A stretch of DNA of 64,000 nt from a bacterium (GTDB lineage Bacteria > SZUA-182 > DTGQ01 > JAFGSM01). The stretch lies in NCBI GenBank assembly GCA_049472335.1, contig JBLIRO010000022.1:1-64000 (forward strand), written 5' to 3'. Positions 31,501 through 40,282 of this stretch are shown piece after piece (the stretch's first letter is position 1; each line of letters opens with the position of its first letter). Position numbers and translations under genes: made by a program. The notes under the pieces are model-generated. The model made no database searches. It was not told the DNA's origin and worked only from the letters and a program-made list of their open reading frames with translations.

Positions 31501-33870
31501 AGCGGGACTCCGACAAAGAATAGTCAGCTTAATTATATAGTTTATAAGAATATTCCTGTGGGCAGCCCATATAACAATGAATATCCGGTAATTATGTTCT
31601 CGGTAAAGGATATGAACCTTTATTACGTAGATCTTTTTGTTAAAGGTAAGAATAATACCGGTCAAGAGGAAAATTTCTTCATGCGATATATACCTCAGGA
31701 TCCTAATGTCGCGGGCTGGACAACCAAGAAATCCGGTGATTATGTGATGAGGAATATCGGAAATGAGTCCATAGATCCCAACAGTGATGTTGTAATAGAG
31801 GTAGAAAGCAATATGGAAACGGATCTCTTTAATGAAACCGGATTTCATTATCTTTATCTGAAGGGGATTGTCCTGAGAGGGGATATCAATTTTATGGATG
31901 ACATCAAGGTCCGCTCCGCTCCTCCTCTGGGATTTCCAAAGGATGTTGTGAATCTCGCGGCTATTGGCAGCGAAAACCAGGTGACTCTGCAGTGGACTTT
32001 GCCTGAGAATCAGATTGAGAATATCGCCGGGTACAGGATCTATATGGATGCCAATGATCCTCCCGCTAAGGAAGAGGCTTTCAGGATAGCAACTGAAACC
32101 GCTGATAAAACCTCTTATACTAAAACCGGTCTGGCGAATGGTGTCACCTATTGCTTCCGCATAACAGCTATTGATAATCTATTAACTCCGAATGAGACGG
32201 AGGGAGTGACGGTCTGCGCGACACCCGAGGTGACGATTCCCTTGGCTCCCGTAAATGTTACGGCTGAATCAATAGACAGTACCATTCAATTGAACTGGGA
32301 AAATCCGCCGGGTCAACATCCCGATCTGGCTGGCTATGTCATATACTATTGCGATTGTGTCTCCGGGGATTGCAGCGCCTGCTATGCTGCCCCGTTGGTA
32401 GCCCCAGACAAGGCCGATGCCACTGGGCTCTTTACGCAGTATATAACAAAGGATGCAAATCAGGAGTTTCTGCAATACGGTACAACTTATAGTTTTACTG
32501 TCAAAGCCAAGGATACGGCACAGCCTGCAAATCTTTCCGCTGGTAAGAAGGTTTCGATTACGCTGGACTTTCCTTCGAAAAAAATCATCGATAATTTCGA
32601 TAAGGATTACCAGTCGGGACAAACCCTCAGGGATAATGGATGGTACAGGCTTCAGGGGAAAGGTCAATTCATGCGGAAAATCGGAATCGGCATCAATAAT
32701 TATCTTGAGGTGAAGAGTAATTATACCGGTGCATCGGCACTAGCCTTCAATATTATGAAGACGCTGCCAAATCCGGCAGACTATACAAATCCTTATTTTG
32801 CGGCAAACATAAGGTCCCTGGGGAATTTTGAAATAGTACTCTATCTCAAGGGCATGGATGGGAACAATTATTTCTTGGGCTACAAGGCAGATGTGACTGC
32901 AGAGGAAGACTCTCTTACTCCTACGAAAGTGGAGAACCGCTATTATGTTTTCAAGCTTGGCTGGAAGGATAAGTCAAGCACTGAATGGTATGAGATTGAA
33001 AGGAATCTGGATGACGACCTTATGGCAGCAAAGGGGACAGGATTTAAAATGCTGTTGAATGTTATTCTGAGAGGCACTCTGGATGTTGACAATCTTGAAC
33101 TCGGAGAGGGAATTCCGGAAGCGGAAAACCTGACTGCCAGACCAGGAGACTCCTCAGTCTTGTTGAGCTGGACAATCCCGGATCCCAATAAGATCGATGA
33201 AACCAAGATTTTGGTCAATGGTGCTTTGGAGGATACTATTACCGTTACCTCGGACAAGAACGATTATGAGTATGAAGTAACCGGTTTGACAAATAACACT
33301 CCCTATGAATTTAAGCTAGTCCAGGTTGCTGAAGGAGATGAAAGCAAGGGTGTGTCTGTCAACGCTACACCTATGGAATATAAGACTTCCTTTACCTTTG
33401 ATGATCAAGCGGCCGTGGATGAATGGACTTTGCAAGTCAGCGAAGGAGTCGCTTTAAGTCTGGAGTACGACTCAGGTGTACAGAGCAATGTCATGTATCT
33501 CAATCCTTCCGGCGATTACCCGGACAGGTACTATGCATATATGGATGGCATGAATGTAAGCGATGTGGCAGGTATGACCTGCAGGATCAGAACCAGCTCC
33601 AATTTCGTGATCTGGCTGCATCTGGAGGATACAATCGGGATGACATTTATGCTGGGCTTTGTACCCGGAGGCACGGCAGAAAGCCATTCACGTTTCGGAA
33701 ACTTTGGCTACTATTTCTTAGGGCCGGATCTCACCGATGGCAAATGGCATTCTTTTGATTTGAAATTGGACGATGTCATGGGTAGTATATTTACCGGTGT
33801 CGGAGTGAATAAGGTAATGGGCATCTATTTTGGCGGCAGGATTTATATAGACGACGTTTCCATCTACTAA
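28564..33870 (+). CDS. Large secreted/surface protein with Ig/cadherin-like, Cys-paired Ig repeats, FN3 domains and repeated putative ligand-binding modules
   Basis: SD AGGAGG before ATG 28564; signal ending AFA; DPEGD/DPDG motifs; four LTC...Y.W...C.V repeats; three FN3; duplicated DNGWYRLQG module. Confidence 0.8.
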   Translation: MPIQMYFKAKRFNFSVGLKIFWTLLLMALLCFSSAAFAGIPIGGKAGIDVYNVGVGSFSVVWQVDVDSNCSVRLFSDINGNTPVAAGSYTVHSGETPSQQLGLTRGVMQVDVKGLPPAVTTYYIQTVSTHGTEESLFPAFGDLIPVETEPATTAFPAFNNLLYLLLYDENGINPSDYQENRIMDGVVTIVYAKTADGTETANYPIAPFNTTNAPGTDNGFPQSSSESRIELLLGDFKKGKAEAGNYWQWTTDKNYTLTIKSYGGAVPDVGLGQSIITTTYQGSWTSLGATVGCLPNTDGCTEVIGLNFSQIVLRPNQGPVVPAIPDQNVNKGSPLTVNFCASDPEGDAVVGFALIKSPTGMVLTPDPADANCATITWTPSACDVVQNVQFTVTDDQGSASTTSFNVNIKRCPPYKPGGSITPPTPVTSQNLTCTAVSNGDPDGETINFKYAWYDVAAPGTILSTTSMLNSPATIKNKAYACRVIAYDSDGDSEPFIAGPVTVLNSPPTTPGSAVVTPAAPTTEESLTCTISASTDPDNDTVQYIYVWSCGACGEPTVQHGPKSGLTDTLDSGNTSRGQNWKCDVRATDGTAESTAKSSNSVSIANLPPSDPGGIQITPASNVKTGNALTCTIGTTSTDPDGDEVEYVFTWNCSGDGCGTQTSIERTPKAGISDILASNDTAKDQTWSCSVFAKDKIGEGAKSATIQSGNSVVVENSPPVGLTVNITPDPTYVNDNLTCTSSGVTDGDGDAISYKYVWKKDGAVVAALTKDFTSGKTTDTVQAVNTSQGETWACEVTAKDTSDEEVGPISDQVFIDNQPPVITTVPTADPHIWDEEQTYTIEVLVSDPDGNEFTLEIDTNYIHPDDPNVSEWLEFDSVNNILTATPPFGSSAFDFGDGSGILKINFIVEETDGTPNKRVEKLVNVLIRFPAVTIDDFEYTAAKPTLADNGWYRLQGTGSMALKQEDPNDPNSNHYLKTSVSGTPTKNSQLNYIVYKNIPVGSPYNNEYPVIMFSVKDMNLYYVDLFVKGKNNTGQEENFFMRYIPQDPNVAGWTTKKSGDYVMRNIGNESIDPNSDVVIEVESNMETDLFNETGFHYLYLKGIVLRGDINFMDDIKVRSAPPLGFPKDVVNLAAIGSENQVTLQWTLPENQIENIAGYRIYMDANDPPAKEEAFRIATETADKTSYTKTGLANGVTYCFRITAIDNLLTPNETEGVTVCATPEVTIPLAPVNVTAESIDSTIQLNWENPPGQHPDLAGYVIYYCDCVSGDCSACYAAPLVAPDKADATGLFTQYITKDANQEFLQYGTTYSFTVKAKDTAQPANLSAGKKVSITLDFPSKKIIDNFDKDYQSGQTLRDNGWYRLQGKGQFMRKIGIGINNYLEVKSNYTGASALAFNIMKTLPNPADYTNPYFAANIRSLGNFEIVLYLKGMDGNNYFLGYKADVTAEEDSLTPTKVENRYYVFKLGWKDKSSTEWYEIERNLDDDLMAAKGTGFKMLLNVILRGTLDVDNLELGEGIPEAENLTARPGDSSVLLSWTIPDPNKIDETKILVNGALEDTITVTSDKNDYEYEVTGLTNNTPYEFKLVQVAEGDESKGVSVNATPMEYKTSFTFDDQAAVDEWTLQVSEGVALSLEYDSGVQSNVMYLNPSGDYPDRYYAYMDGMNVSDVAGMTCRIRTSSNFVIWLHLEDTIGMTFMLGFVPGGTAESHSRFGNFGYYFLGPDLTDGKWHSFDLKLDDVMGSIFTGVGVNKVMGIYFGGRIYIDDVSIY

Positions 33871-33912
33871 AGAGACCTGTACCGTTTAAGCCTCTATATT
33901 AAGCGAATAAAT

Positions 33913-33951
33913 AAAAGGGGCGTCAAGGGATTCCTTGGCGCCCCTTTTTTT
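33913..33951 (+). terminator. Intrinsic terminator
   Basis: AAAAGGGGCGTCAAGG-GATT-CCTTGGCGCCCCTTTTTTT. Confidence 0.85.
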
Positions 33952-34166
33952 ATTTGTATAACCGAAAAGACTTGATTGTTTGAAGCTCGTTTTCGTCACG
34001 GAATCTTTATTTATCCCGGGTCCGGGTTTATGTCGGCTGTTCATAAAAATTACGATAAGGGTAAAAAAATGAGCATAACATAAACATAATCTAAGGTCGA
34101 TTGCAGGGTTAAGCTAAAAATCCGTTATTTATCATTAAATTAAAAGACAACCTCCTCTTTCTGATT

Positions 34167-34181
34167 TGGCACCTTATTTGC
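34167..34181 (+). promoter_or_regulatory. Sigma54 promoter upstream of the sigma54 activator gene
   Basis: TGGCACCTTATTTGC(T), near-perfect consensus. Confidence 0.8.
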
Positions 34182-34245
34182 TTGATTAAGTTAAACCAGA
34201 CAAATCTCAAAGGTTACAAATCAAAAGGACAAAAGGGGGATCATC

Positions 34246-35244
34246 ATGCCCGTTGGCGTTGAATTTGAAGTCAGCAATATTCTTGGCAATAATTCCAAGA
34301 TACGTGAGGTATGCCGTATGATCAAGATGGTGGGCAAGACTGATTCCACAGTATTGGTTCAGGGTGAGAGCGGCACCGGCAAGGAGCTTGTCGCTAATGC
34401 CATACATGCCAATAGTCCCAGAAATAAAAGACCTTTTATTAAGGTCAACTGCGCAGCATTAAGTGAAACCCTTTTGGAAAGCGAACTTTTCGGTCACAAG
34501 AAAGGGGCCTTTACAGGAGCTTGTGAGACAAGAAAGGGAAGGTTCGAATTGGCAAATGGGGGAACTATTCTATTAGATGAAATCGGCAACATGTCCTTTT
34601 CCGGTCAGGCAAAATTATTAAGGGTGCTGCAGGAGAATGAAATTGTGGCAGTTGGAACCTCAATCCCTATTAATGTGGATGTGAGAGTGATTGCAACGAC
34701 TAATGTCATCCTTAAAAAGGCAGTCAAACAAGGGGCATTCAGGGAAGATCTTTTTTACCGCCTAGGAGTAATAACCATATTCCTGCCACCTCTCAGAGAA
34801 AGAAAGGATGACATACCGATTTTAGTAAGAAACTTTATTGAGTTTGAGAATTATGAGACCAAGCGACGCATAAAGAATATTAGTGCGGAGGCGATGGAAG
34901 CCTTGATGGATTATGAATGGCCGGGAAATATCCGTGAATTAAAGAATGCAATTGAGCATGCCGTAATAATAGAGCACAGTGAATCCATTCAACTTCAATC
35001 ACTTCCACACCATATTTTCAAAAACTCCTGGAATCGACCAGCAGAAGATGCAGAAGATTTTAATCTTAAGAGAAGGCTTAAAACATATGAAAGACAACTC
35101 ATTCTAAAGGCTCTCAACAAAGCGGATTGGGTAAAATGCCGGGCGGCAAAGCTTTTGGGAATAGATCAACGCAATCTAAGTTATTTTATTCGCAAGCATA
35201 ATATTCTGGATCCGGAAGAAAGGCAGAGGGCCCGTGGCATTTGA
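34246..35244 (+). CDS. Sigma54-dependent enhancer-binding protein (AAA+ plus Fis HTH) lacking an N-terminal sensory domain
   Basis: GESGTGKE, ELFGHKKGAFTGA, LLDEIG, FREDLFYRL and WPGNIRELKN motifs, C-terminal HTH; AAA+ begins about 10 aa after Met. Confidence 0.93.
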   Translation: MPVGVEFEVSNILGNNSKIREVCRMIKMVGKTDSTVLVQGESGTGKELVANAIHANSPRNKRPFIKVNCAALSETLLESELFGHKKGAFTGACETRKGRFELANGGTILLDEIGNMSFSGQAKLLRVLQENEIVAVGTSIPINVDVRVIATTNVILKKAVKQGAFREDLFYRLGVITIFLPPLRERKDDIPILVRNFIEFENYETKRRIKNISAEAMEALMDYEWPGNIRELKNAIEHAVIIEHSESIQLQSLPHHIFKNSWNRPAEDAEDFNLKRRLKTYERQLILKALNKADWVKCRAAKLLGIDQRNLSYFIRKHNILDPEERQRARGI

Positions 35245-35492
35245 TTCATAAAATCTTTTACCAAAATCATTTGTTTTATGTCACAAATTATTGTAGCCTA
35301 TCTTATTGTTTTTTTGTAACAATTAATGATTGTGCCGGTTTCGACTCATAGCCTTTCCTAACAATTATCTCTTATAAAATCAAATATTGCCTATTATTTA
35401 AATTATTTTTAAAAATTGTAAAAAAGATCTTTTGTCAAATATATTAGAGACTTAGCGTGTTTTAAAATGGCCCAAATTTAAAAAAGAAAATT

Positions 35493-35507
35493 TGGTACGG
35501 CTTATGC
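35493..35507 (+). promoter_or_regulatory. Sigma54 promoter upstream of the REC-PilZ gene
   Basis: TGGTACGGCTTATGC(A), exact spacing, two deviations from consensus. Confidence 0.6.
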
Positions 35508-35597
35508 ACAGTCTAGTAAATAAATAGAGATCTAGGGGGAAAAAGATTTGATTGATAGAAAAAAATCAATAAATATAGAGCATTTCGAATCCCCCCC

Positions 35598-35655
35598 CAA
35601 TGGGTAGGCCGATTCTTATGATCGGGTTGGCGGCGCAAGCCGCCCCTATCCATTG
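35598..35655 (+). ncRNA. Candidate structured cis-regulatory RNA (three-way junction with GNRA tetraloop)
   Basis: P1 CAATGGGTAGG/CCTATCCATTG, P2 CCGAT/ATCGG, P3 GGCGGC-GCAA-GCCGCC; GC-rich island in an AT-rich leader. Confidence 0.55.
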
Positions 35656-35675
35656 CCCTAAAATTCACGTCAATT

Positions 35676-36470
35676 ATGACGAGATTTCAAAGGAGAAGAA
35701 TGTTTATGGGAGATCTGTTTCTTCTTGTAGTTAGTGATGATTCTAACTTTAGAGACTATCTTTGCAATCACTTGCTGATGGATGGACACTATGTGGATTG
35801 TGCCAAAGATTCCAATATTGCCAGGCAGATGCTGAGAAGAATGCAATACGATCTCGTTATCTTAAGCGTCTCCGGTTATGATCATGATTCGGACATATTA
35901 ACAACCGAAGAGGTTTTTGATATCAATCCCAATACCGAGGTCGTTTTTCTATTTAATCCAAATTGTAAGGTAGGGAAAAATTGCCTGAAAAATCAGGAAA
36001 TAAAAAATTGTTTGCTAAAGCCATTTTTACTTGAAGACCTCCCTTCGGTTATTAAAAGGGTTGAAAAGGAAAAGGCCAAGAGAAAGGTTTTAGACGGCTC
36101 TATAACATGTATATGCAAACCTGCCAAAGAAAGGAGAAAAGATTGCAGAATAATCGCCGATATTCCTATTAAATATACGTTTGTGTCACCATTGGGAAAT
36201 CTGCCTTCTGAGGAGAATATTTCCAAGCTTATTAATATGAGCAGAGAAGGTGTTATGTTCCGTGCTGATTATAGGGCTAAATTATCCGAGTTTGTTTATC
36301 TTCATATACTTCTTCCCACTTCCACAATACCGATTAATATTGAGGGTGAGATTAGGTGGGAAAGATTCGATAGCTCGGAACCATGGCGCTATGTAGGGGT
36401 AAGTTTCGCAAATCTCAATCAGGGAAACAAAAAACAGATTGAATCTTTTATAGTCTCCAGACAAAAATAG
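35676..36470 (+). CDS. Pseudo-receiver domain plus PilZ (c-di-GMP-binding) domain protein
   Basis: REC-like N-terminus with DLVILS (Ser at the phospho-Asp position) and LLKPF; PilZ RxxxR (RKDCR) and NxSxxG (NMSREG). Confidence 0.8.
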   Translation: MTRFQRRRMFMGDLFLLVVSDDSNFRDYLCNHLLMDGHYVDCAKDSNIARQMLRRMQYDLVILSVSGYDHDSDILTTEEVFDINPNTEVVFLFNPNCKVGKNCLKNQEIKNCLLKPFLLEDLPSVIKRVEKEKAKRKVLDGSITCICKPAKERRKDCRIIADIPIKYTFVSPLGNLPSEENISKLINMSREGVMFRADYRAKLSEFVYLHILLPTSTIPINIEGEIRWERFDSSEPWRYVGVSFANLNQGNKKQIESFIVSRQK

Positions 36471-36737
36471 TCTTACTAAAAGGATTTGCTTAAGTTTTAA
36501 CACTTATAAACAGATGGTTTTTCTGTATGATTTATATGACATAAGGAAAGATCTATGTCCATTTTTTAAATCAAGGCACTATTCGTTTTTGTTTCAAGCA
36601 GGATGAAAGAAAATTGAAATTAAACATGCGAGTAACTTGTTCAAATAAATCAATAAAGTATTTCCACCTTATAATATAAAAACTCCAGCAATAAAATCCT
36701 AAAAAATATAAATCCATTCAGAATTCATAAAAACAAG

Positions 36738-36752
36738 TGGCATCAATATTGC
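36738..36752 (+). promoter_or_regulatory. Sigma54 promoter upstream of the subtilase
   Basis: TGGCATCAATATTGC(T), exact spacing. Confidence 0.75.
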
Positions 36753-36949
36753 TGAAATCAAAAAGAAGAAGTATTTTTATTTGTGAAATCCTTAAACAAC
36801 TAAGATGTTATATTTATTTTAGTTGTTTTAAGAAGTTTCTCTTCTTTGTCAAGCTTTGTTGAGAAACTTTGAGAATAATGGCTTAGTTAGGGGGGAATCC
36901 ATCCTTTTTAATAAGTCCCATTATTACAGTCAAATTAAAAAGATTAAGA

Positions 36950-38647
36950 ATGGCTAAAAGGGTTGGAAGGTTCATGAAAGTAAAACATGGGAAAAAAGAG
37001 AAGATAGAAATTATTCTGATATTTATCGAAATATCTATTCTATCAGTCTTGTTATCCGTTTTTGTGGGTGTAGAAACAGATGCCTTTTCCGTTTTTCCAT
37101 TAAGAAAAGTGCCTCATCCTGTTTATGCACCGCAAGAGATACTTGTCAGATTCGTTGATTGGGCAAACAATTTACAGATAGATGAAATTTTTAACCTCTG
37201 TGGGGCAAAGGAATGGCGCAGACTCCATCCAACAATACCTGTTTTTTCGGCCAAACTGTCCCTATCAAGCCAGGTAGAGGAAGCAGCGGCCTTTTTGGAG
37301 ATCCTGCCTCTGGTTCGTTATGCCGAACCGAATTTCTATTTTGATGCGGAATTTGTGCCAAATGATCCAATTTATATATATCAGTGGCATATGGGAATGA
37401 TCAACATGGAAATTGCCTGGGATATCCATAACGGTACAGGGGCAACAGTGGCAATACTGGATACAGGAGTAGCTTATAGAAGTTTATTCCCGTATGCGCA
37501 GGCGCCCGATCTTGCGGGGACTCTATTTGTACCGGGTTGGGATTTTGTTAATGATGATGCATATCCCGACGACGATCATGGACACGGAACACATATTTGC
37601 GGCACCATAGCTCAGACGACTAACAATCTCCTCGGATGTGCCGGAATTGCCTTTGGATGTTCAATTATGCCGGTTAAAGTGCTTGATGAAAACAGCAATG
37701 GGCTTTTGGATGATGTGGTTGCCGGATTCTATTTTGCGGTTGATAATGGAGCTCAAATTATAAATACCAGCTTTGGCACGGTGACCCCTTCTCTAATACT
37801 GGAGGAAGCTGTCAATTATGCAACGCTGAACAATGTTACGATAATCTGCTCAGCAGGAAATGCTGCATCCTCCGCGCCCCATTATCCATCTTCATATATT
37901 GATTGTATAAGCGTCAGTGCGATAAAGTTTGATCAAACTCTGGCGTTTTATTCAAACTACGGCACAGATATTGATCTGTGCGCTCCGGGAGGGAGTCTTG
38001 CCTATGACCAAAATCTGGACGGAAAGCCTGATGGAATTGTTCAACAGACTCATAATGGTATAGATTTTCAAACCTTTGATTTTTATATCTTTCAGGGAAC
38101 CTCCTGTGCTGCGGCCCATGTCACGGGAGTTGCTGCTCTCCTGGTAGGTGCAAGCGGCGGGGCGTTGGGCCCTGCTCTTATAAAATCAACTCTTGCAAGC
38201 ACTGCGGTGGATCTCGGGACTGCCGGATGGGATCAATATTTTGGTTCGGGACTTATAGACGCGGCAGCAGCCCTTGCATCTTTACCCGTAATTGCCACGG
38301 CTGCTTCAGCTTCGCCATTACAATCCCTTACCCCTGTAACTCCAATTCCTTTTTCCGGTTCTGGCCCGCAGGGGACCGGAAATATTCCTCAAATACTTTT
38401 TTTTGAGGCGCCATGGAATACCCGATGGACTTATCCACAAAACCGTTTGATAGAATGGTGGCCAAAAGTAAACAATCGTTCCTTTCCTTTTGTTCCGCAA
38501 ACCACATTTAGTAATTATCCTTTTCCCTGGTTTTCAACAGGAATTCCACCCACAGGTCAGGCTTCATTCTTTTTAACATTAAGTCCCATCCTTTTCAGAA
38601 CAGGTCCCGTAAATGGATATAGGGGATATCAACCCTTTTTTATATAA
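36950..38647 (+). CDS. Secreted S8 (subtilisin-family) serine protease with a Pro/Phe/Trp-rich C-terminal tail
   Basis: Prodomain YAEPN; catalytic ILDTG, HGTH and GTS motifs, SAGN oxyanion motif. Confidence 0.92.
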   Translation: MAKRVGRFMKVKHGKKEKIEIILIFIEISILSVLLSVFVGVETDAFSVFPLRKVPHPVYAPQEILVRFVDWANNLQIDEIFNLCGAKEWRRLHPTIPVFSAKLSLSSQVEEAAAFLEILPLVRYAEPNFYFDAEFVPNDPIYIYQWHMGMINMEIAWDIHNGTGATVAILDTGVAYRSLFPYAQAPDLAGTLFVPGWDFVNDDAYPDDDHGHGTHICGTIAQTTNNLLGCAGIAFGCSIMPVKVLDENSNGLLDDVVAGFYFAVDNGAQIINTSFGTVTPSLILEEAVNYATLNNVTIICSAGNAASSAPHYPSSYIDCISVSAIKFDQTLAFYSNYGTDIDLCAPGGSLAYDQNLDGKPDGIVQQTHNGIDFQTFDFYIFQGTSCAAAHVTGVAALLVGASGGALGPALIKSTLASTAVDLGTAGWDQYFGSGLIDAAAALASLPVIATAASASPLQSLTPVTPIPFSGSGPQGTGNIPQILFFEAPWNTRWTYPQNRLIEWWPKVNNRSFPFVPQTTFSNYPFPWFSTGIPPTGQASFFLTLSPILFRTGPVNGYRGYQPFFI

Positions 38648-38865
38648 CTCAACTAATAATTATCATAAAAATTTTTTATATCTGCATAAATTTTATGTGT
38701 TCAAAATATATTGATATAAAAATTATTTTTAATAATTAAATCATATTATAAAAATATAAATAATACTATTATAATTTTGTTGAGTTTTATTTCAATATAT
38801 TTAAAATTAAAAGGATCTTTTTTTGTTAAAAATTAAAAAATAAGGTTTGCCTATTTTTACTGATC

Positions 38866-38880
38866 TGGCATTTCTATTGC
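38866..38880 (+). promoter_or_regulatory. Sigma54 promoter for GY-4
   Basis: TGGCATTTCTATTGC(A), exact spacing. Confidence 0.75.
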
Positions 38881-39151
38881 ATTTCTATATTTAAAATTAC
38901 ATTTCTAATCAAAATTATAAAAATGTCTTTTAGGATTATTTGATATATTTCAATTTAAAGTAATTTAATTAATTTTGATTGTAAATTACAGGCTTTAAGG
39001 AGGTGAATTATAATCAATTATCAGGATCTTATGCCGGGAATTTATTAGATATTTTTTATCAATAATTATTTAATTGTTTTTCAAAGCATAAAGGATCCAT
39101 TTTAGCAATGAAAGTTTTTTATTAATTGATATTTAAGAAGGAGTTTTTCAG

Positions 39152-40039
39152 ATGAGTTCTTCATGGTTAGGGAAGCTTTCTTTAGCATTTGTATTAATTG
39201 CAGCTATAATTCTTCTATCAGGATCCCTCTCCCATGCCTATTTCGGAATGTATGGAGGTCTCTATGGCCTTGGCATGTATGGCGGATTGTATGGCAGCAG
39301 TTTGTACGGGCTTGGTGGATTAGGCTTAATGGGATTGTACGGGTCTTATGGTCTCTATGGTTTAGGGGGTCTCTATGGTTTAGGAGGTCTTTATGGCCTT
39401 GGAGGTCTTTATGGCCTTAGCGGACTTGGATTGATGGGAATGTATGGCCTTTATGGTCTTGGAGGCCTTTATGGGCTTGGCATGCTTGGCGGTCTTGGCG
39501 GACTGGGAGGAATAGGAACCCTTAGTGGCCTTGGCGGGCTAGGCCTTTTAGGAGGTCTATATGGAATGGGAGGCATGGGTGCGCTTTTATCAAGCCTATT
39601 GTCATCTCCCGCTACCACTACATCAACACCAGCGCCGACAGCCACCGCATCCGCACTTCTTCCTTTGCTGCCTTTATTTATAGCTGAACAGGTAGGCACA
39701 TGGATAGGAACCTGGACCAATGGGCTTTTGGGAGGTCAGATGACACTCAACCTGGTAGAGGATCCATTATTGGCTACCTTGTTTGGAACTGCTCAGCTTC
39801 TAGGTAATCCTACGCTGGGCGCCCTTGTGGACGTGGCAGGCGAAGTGCTTAACTCACAGATTATCGTCAGTGGAACTGCAGTAGGTGTCGGCGGAATGAC
39901 CTTTGAGTTGCAGATTATAGGAATCATTATAACCCCTACTCAGATGACAGGGACCTATAATCTGATTAACCTGAGTAGCGGTGGAACGATCACGGAATCA
40001 GGGAGTTTTGATCTGACGCTTGTTACACCGATTATTTAA
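39152..40039 (+). CDS. Secreted Gly/Leu/Tyr-rich protein with a C-terminal globular domain (GY-4)
   Basis: Signal ending SHA-YFG; GLGGLY repeats; Thr/Pro linker; domain starting AEQVGTWIG. Confidence 0.85.
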   Translation: MSSSWLGKLSLAFVLIAAIILLSGSLSHAYFGMYGGLYGLGMYGGLYGSSLYGLGGLGLMGLYGSYGLYGLGGLYGLGGLYGLGGLYGLSGLGLMGMYGLYGLGGLYGLGMLGGLGGLGGIGTLSGLGGLGLLGGLYGMGGMGALLSSLLSSPATTTSTPAPTATASALLPLLPLFIAEQVGTWIGTWTNGLLGGQMTLNLVEDPLLATLFGTAQLLGNPTLGALVDVAGEVLNSQIIVSGTAVGVGGMTFELQIIGIIITPTQMTGTYNLINLSSGGTITESGSFDLTLVTPII

Positions 40040-40091
40040 TATTTTGTATTATAATTTATTTTTTTAATTTAGAAAACTATTTAATTCATTT

Positions 40092-40150
40092 TGGGGTTGG
40101 CCTTCATACTGACTTAGGTATAAAAGTAAGGTCAGCCCCATAATCTTTTT
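40092..40150 (+). terminator. Stem-loop / probable terminator after GY-4
   Basis: TGGGGTTGGCCTT...AAGGTCAGCCCCA followed by a T-rich run. Confidence 0.55.
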
Positions 40151-40154
40151 AAAT

Positions 40155-40169
40155 AGGCATCATTTATGC
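40155..40169 (+). promoter_or_regulatory. Sigma54 promoter for GY-5
   Basis: AGGCATCATTTATGC(T), exact spacing, two deviations from consensus. Confidence 0.55.
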
Positions 40170-40282
40170 TCTATATTATTAAAAAACCAAAATTATCATA
40201 AAAAAGTATGGAAAACACAAGTTTTTTTGTCTCTAAATAGTTTAGATTCATAGATTTTATGGTTAAGGAGTTATAAGGAGGG

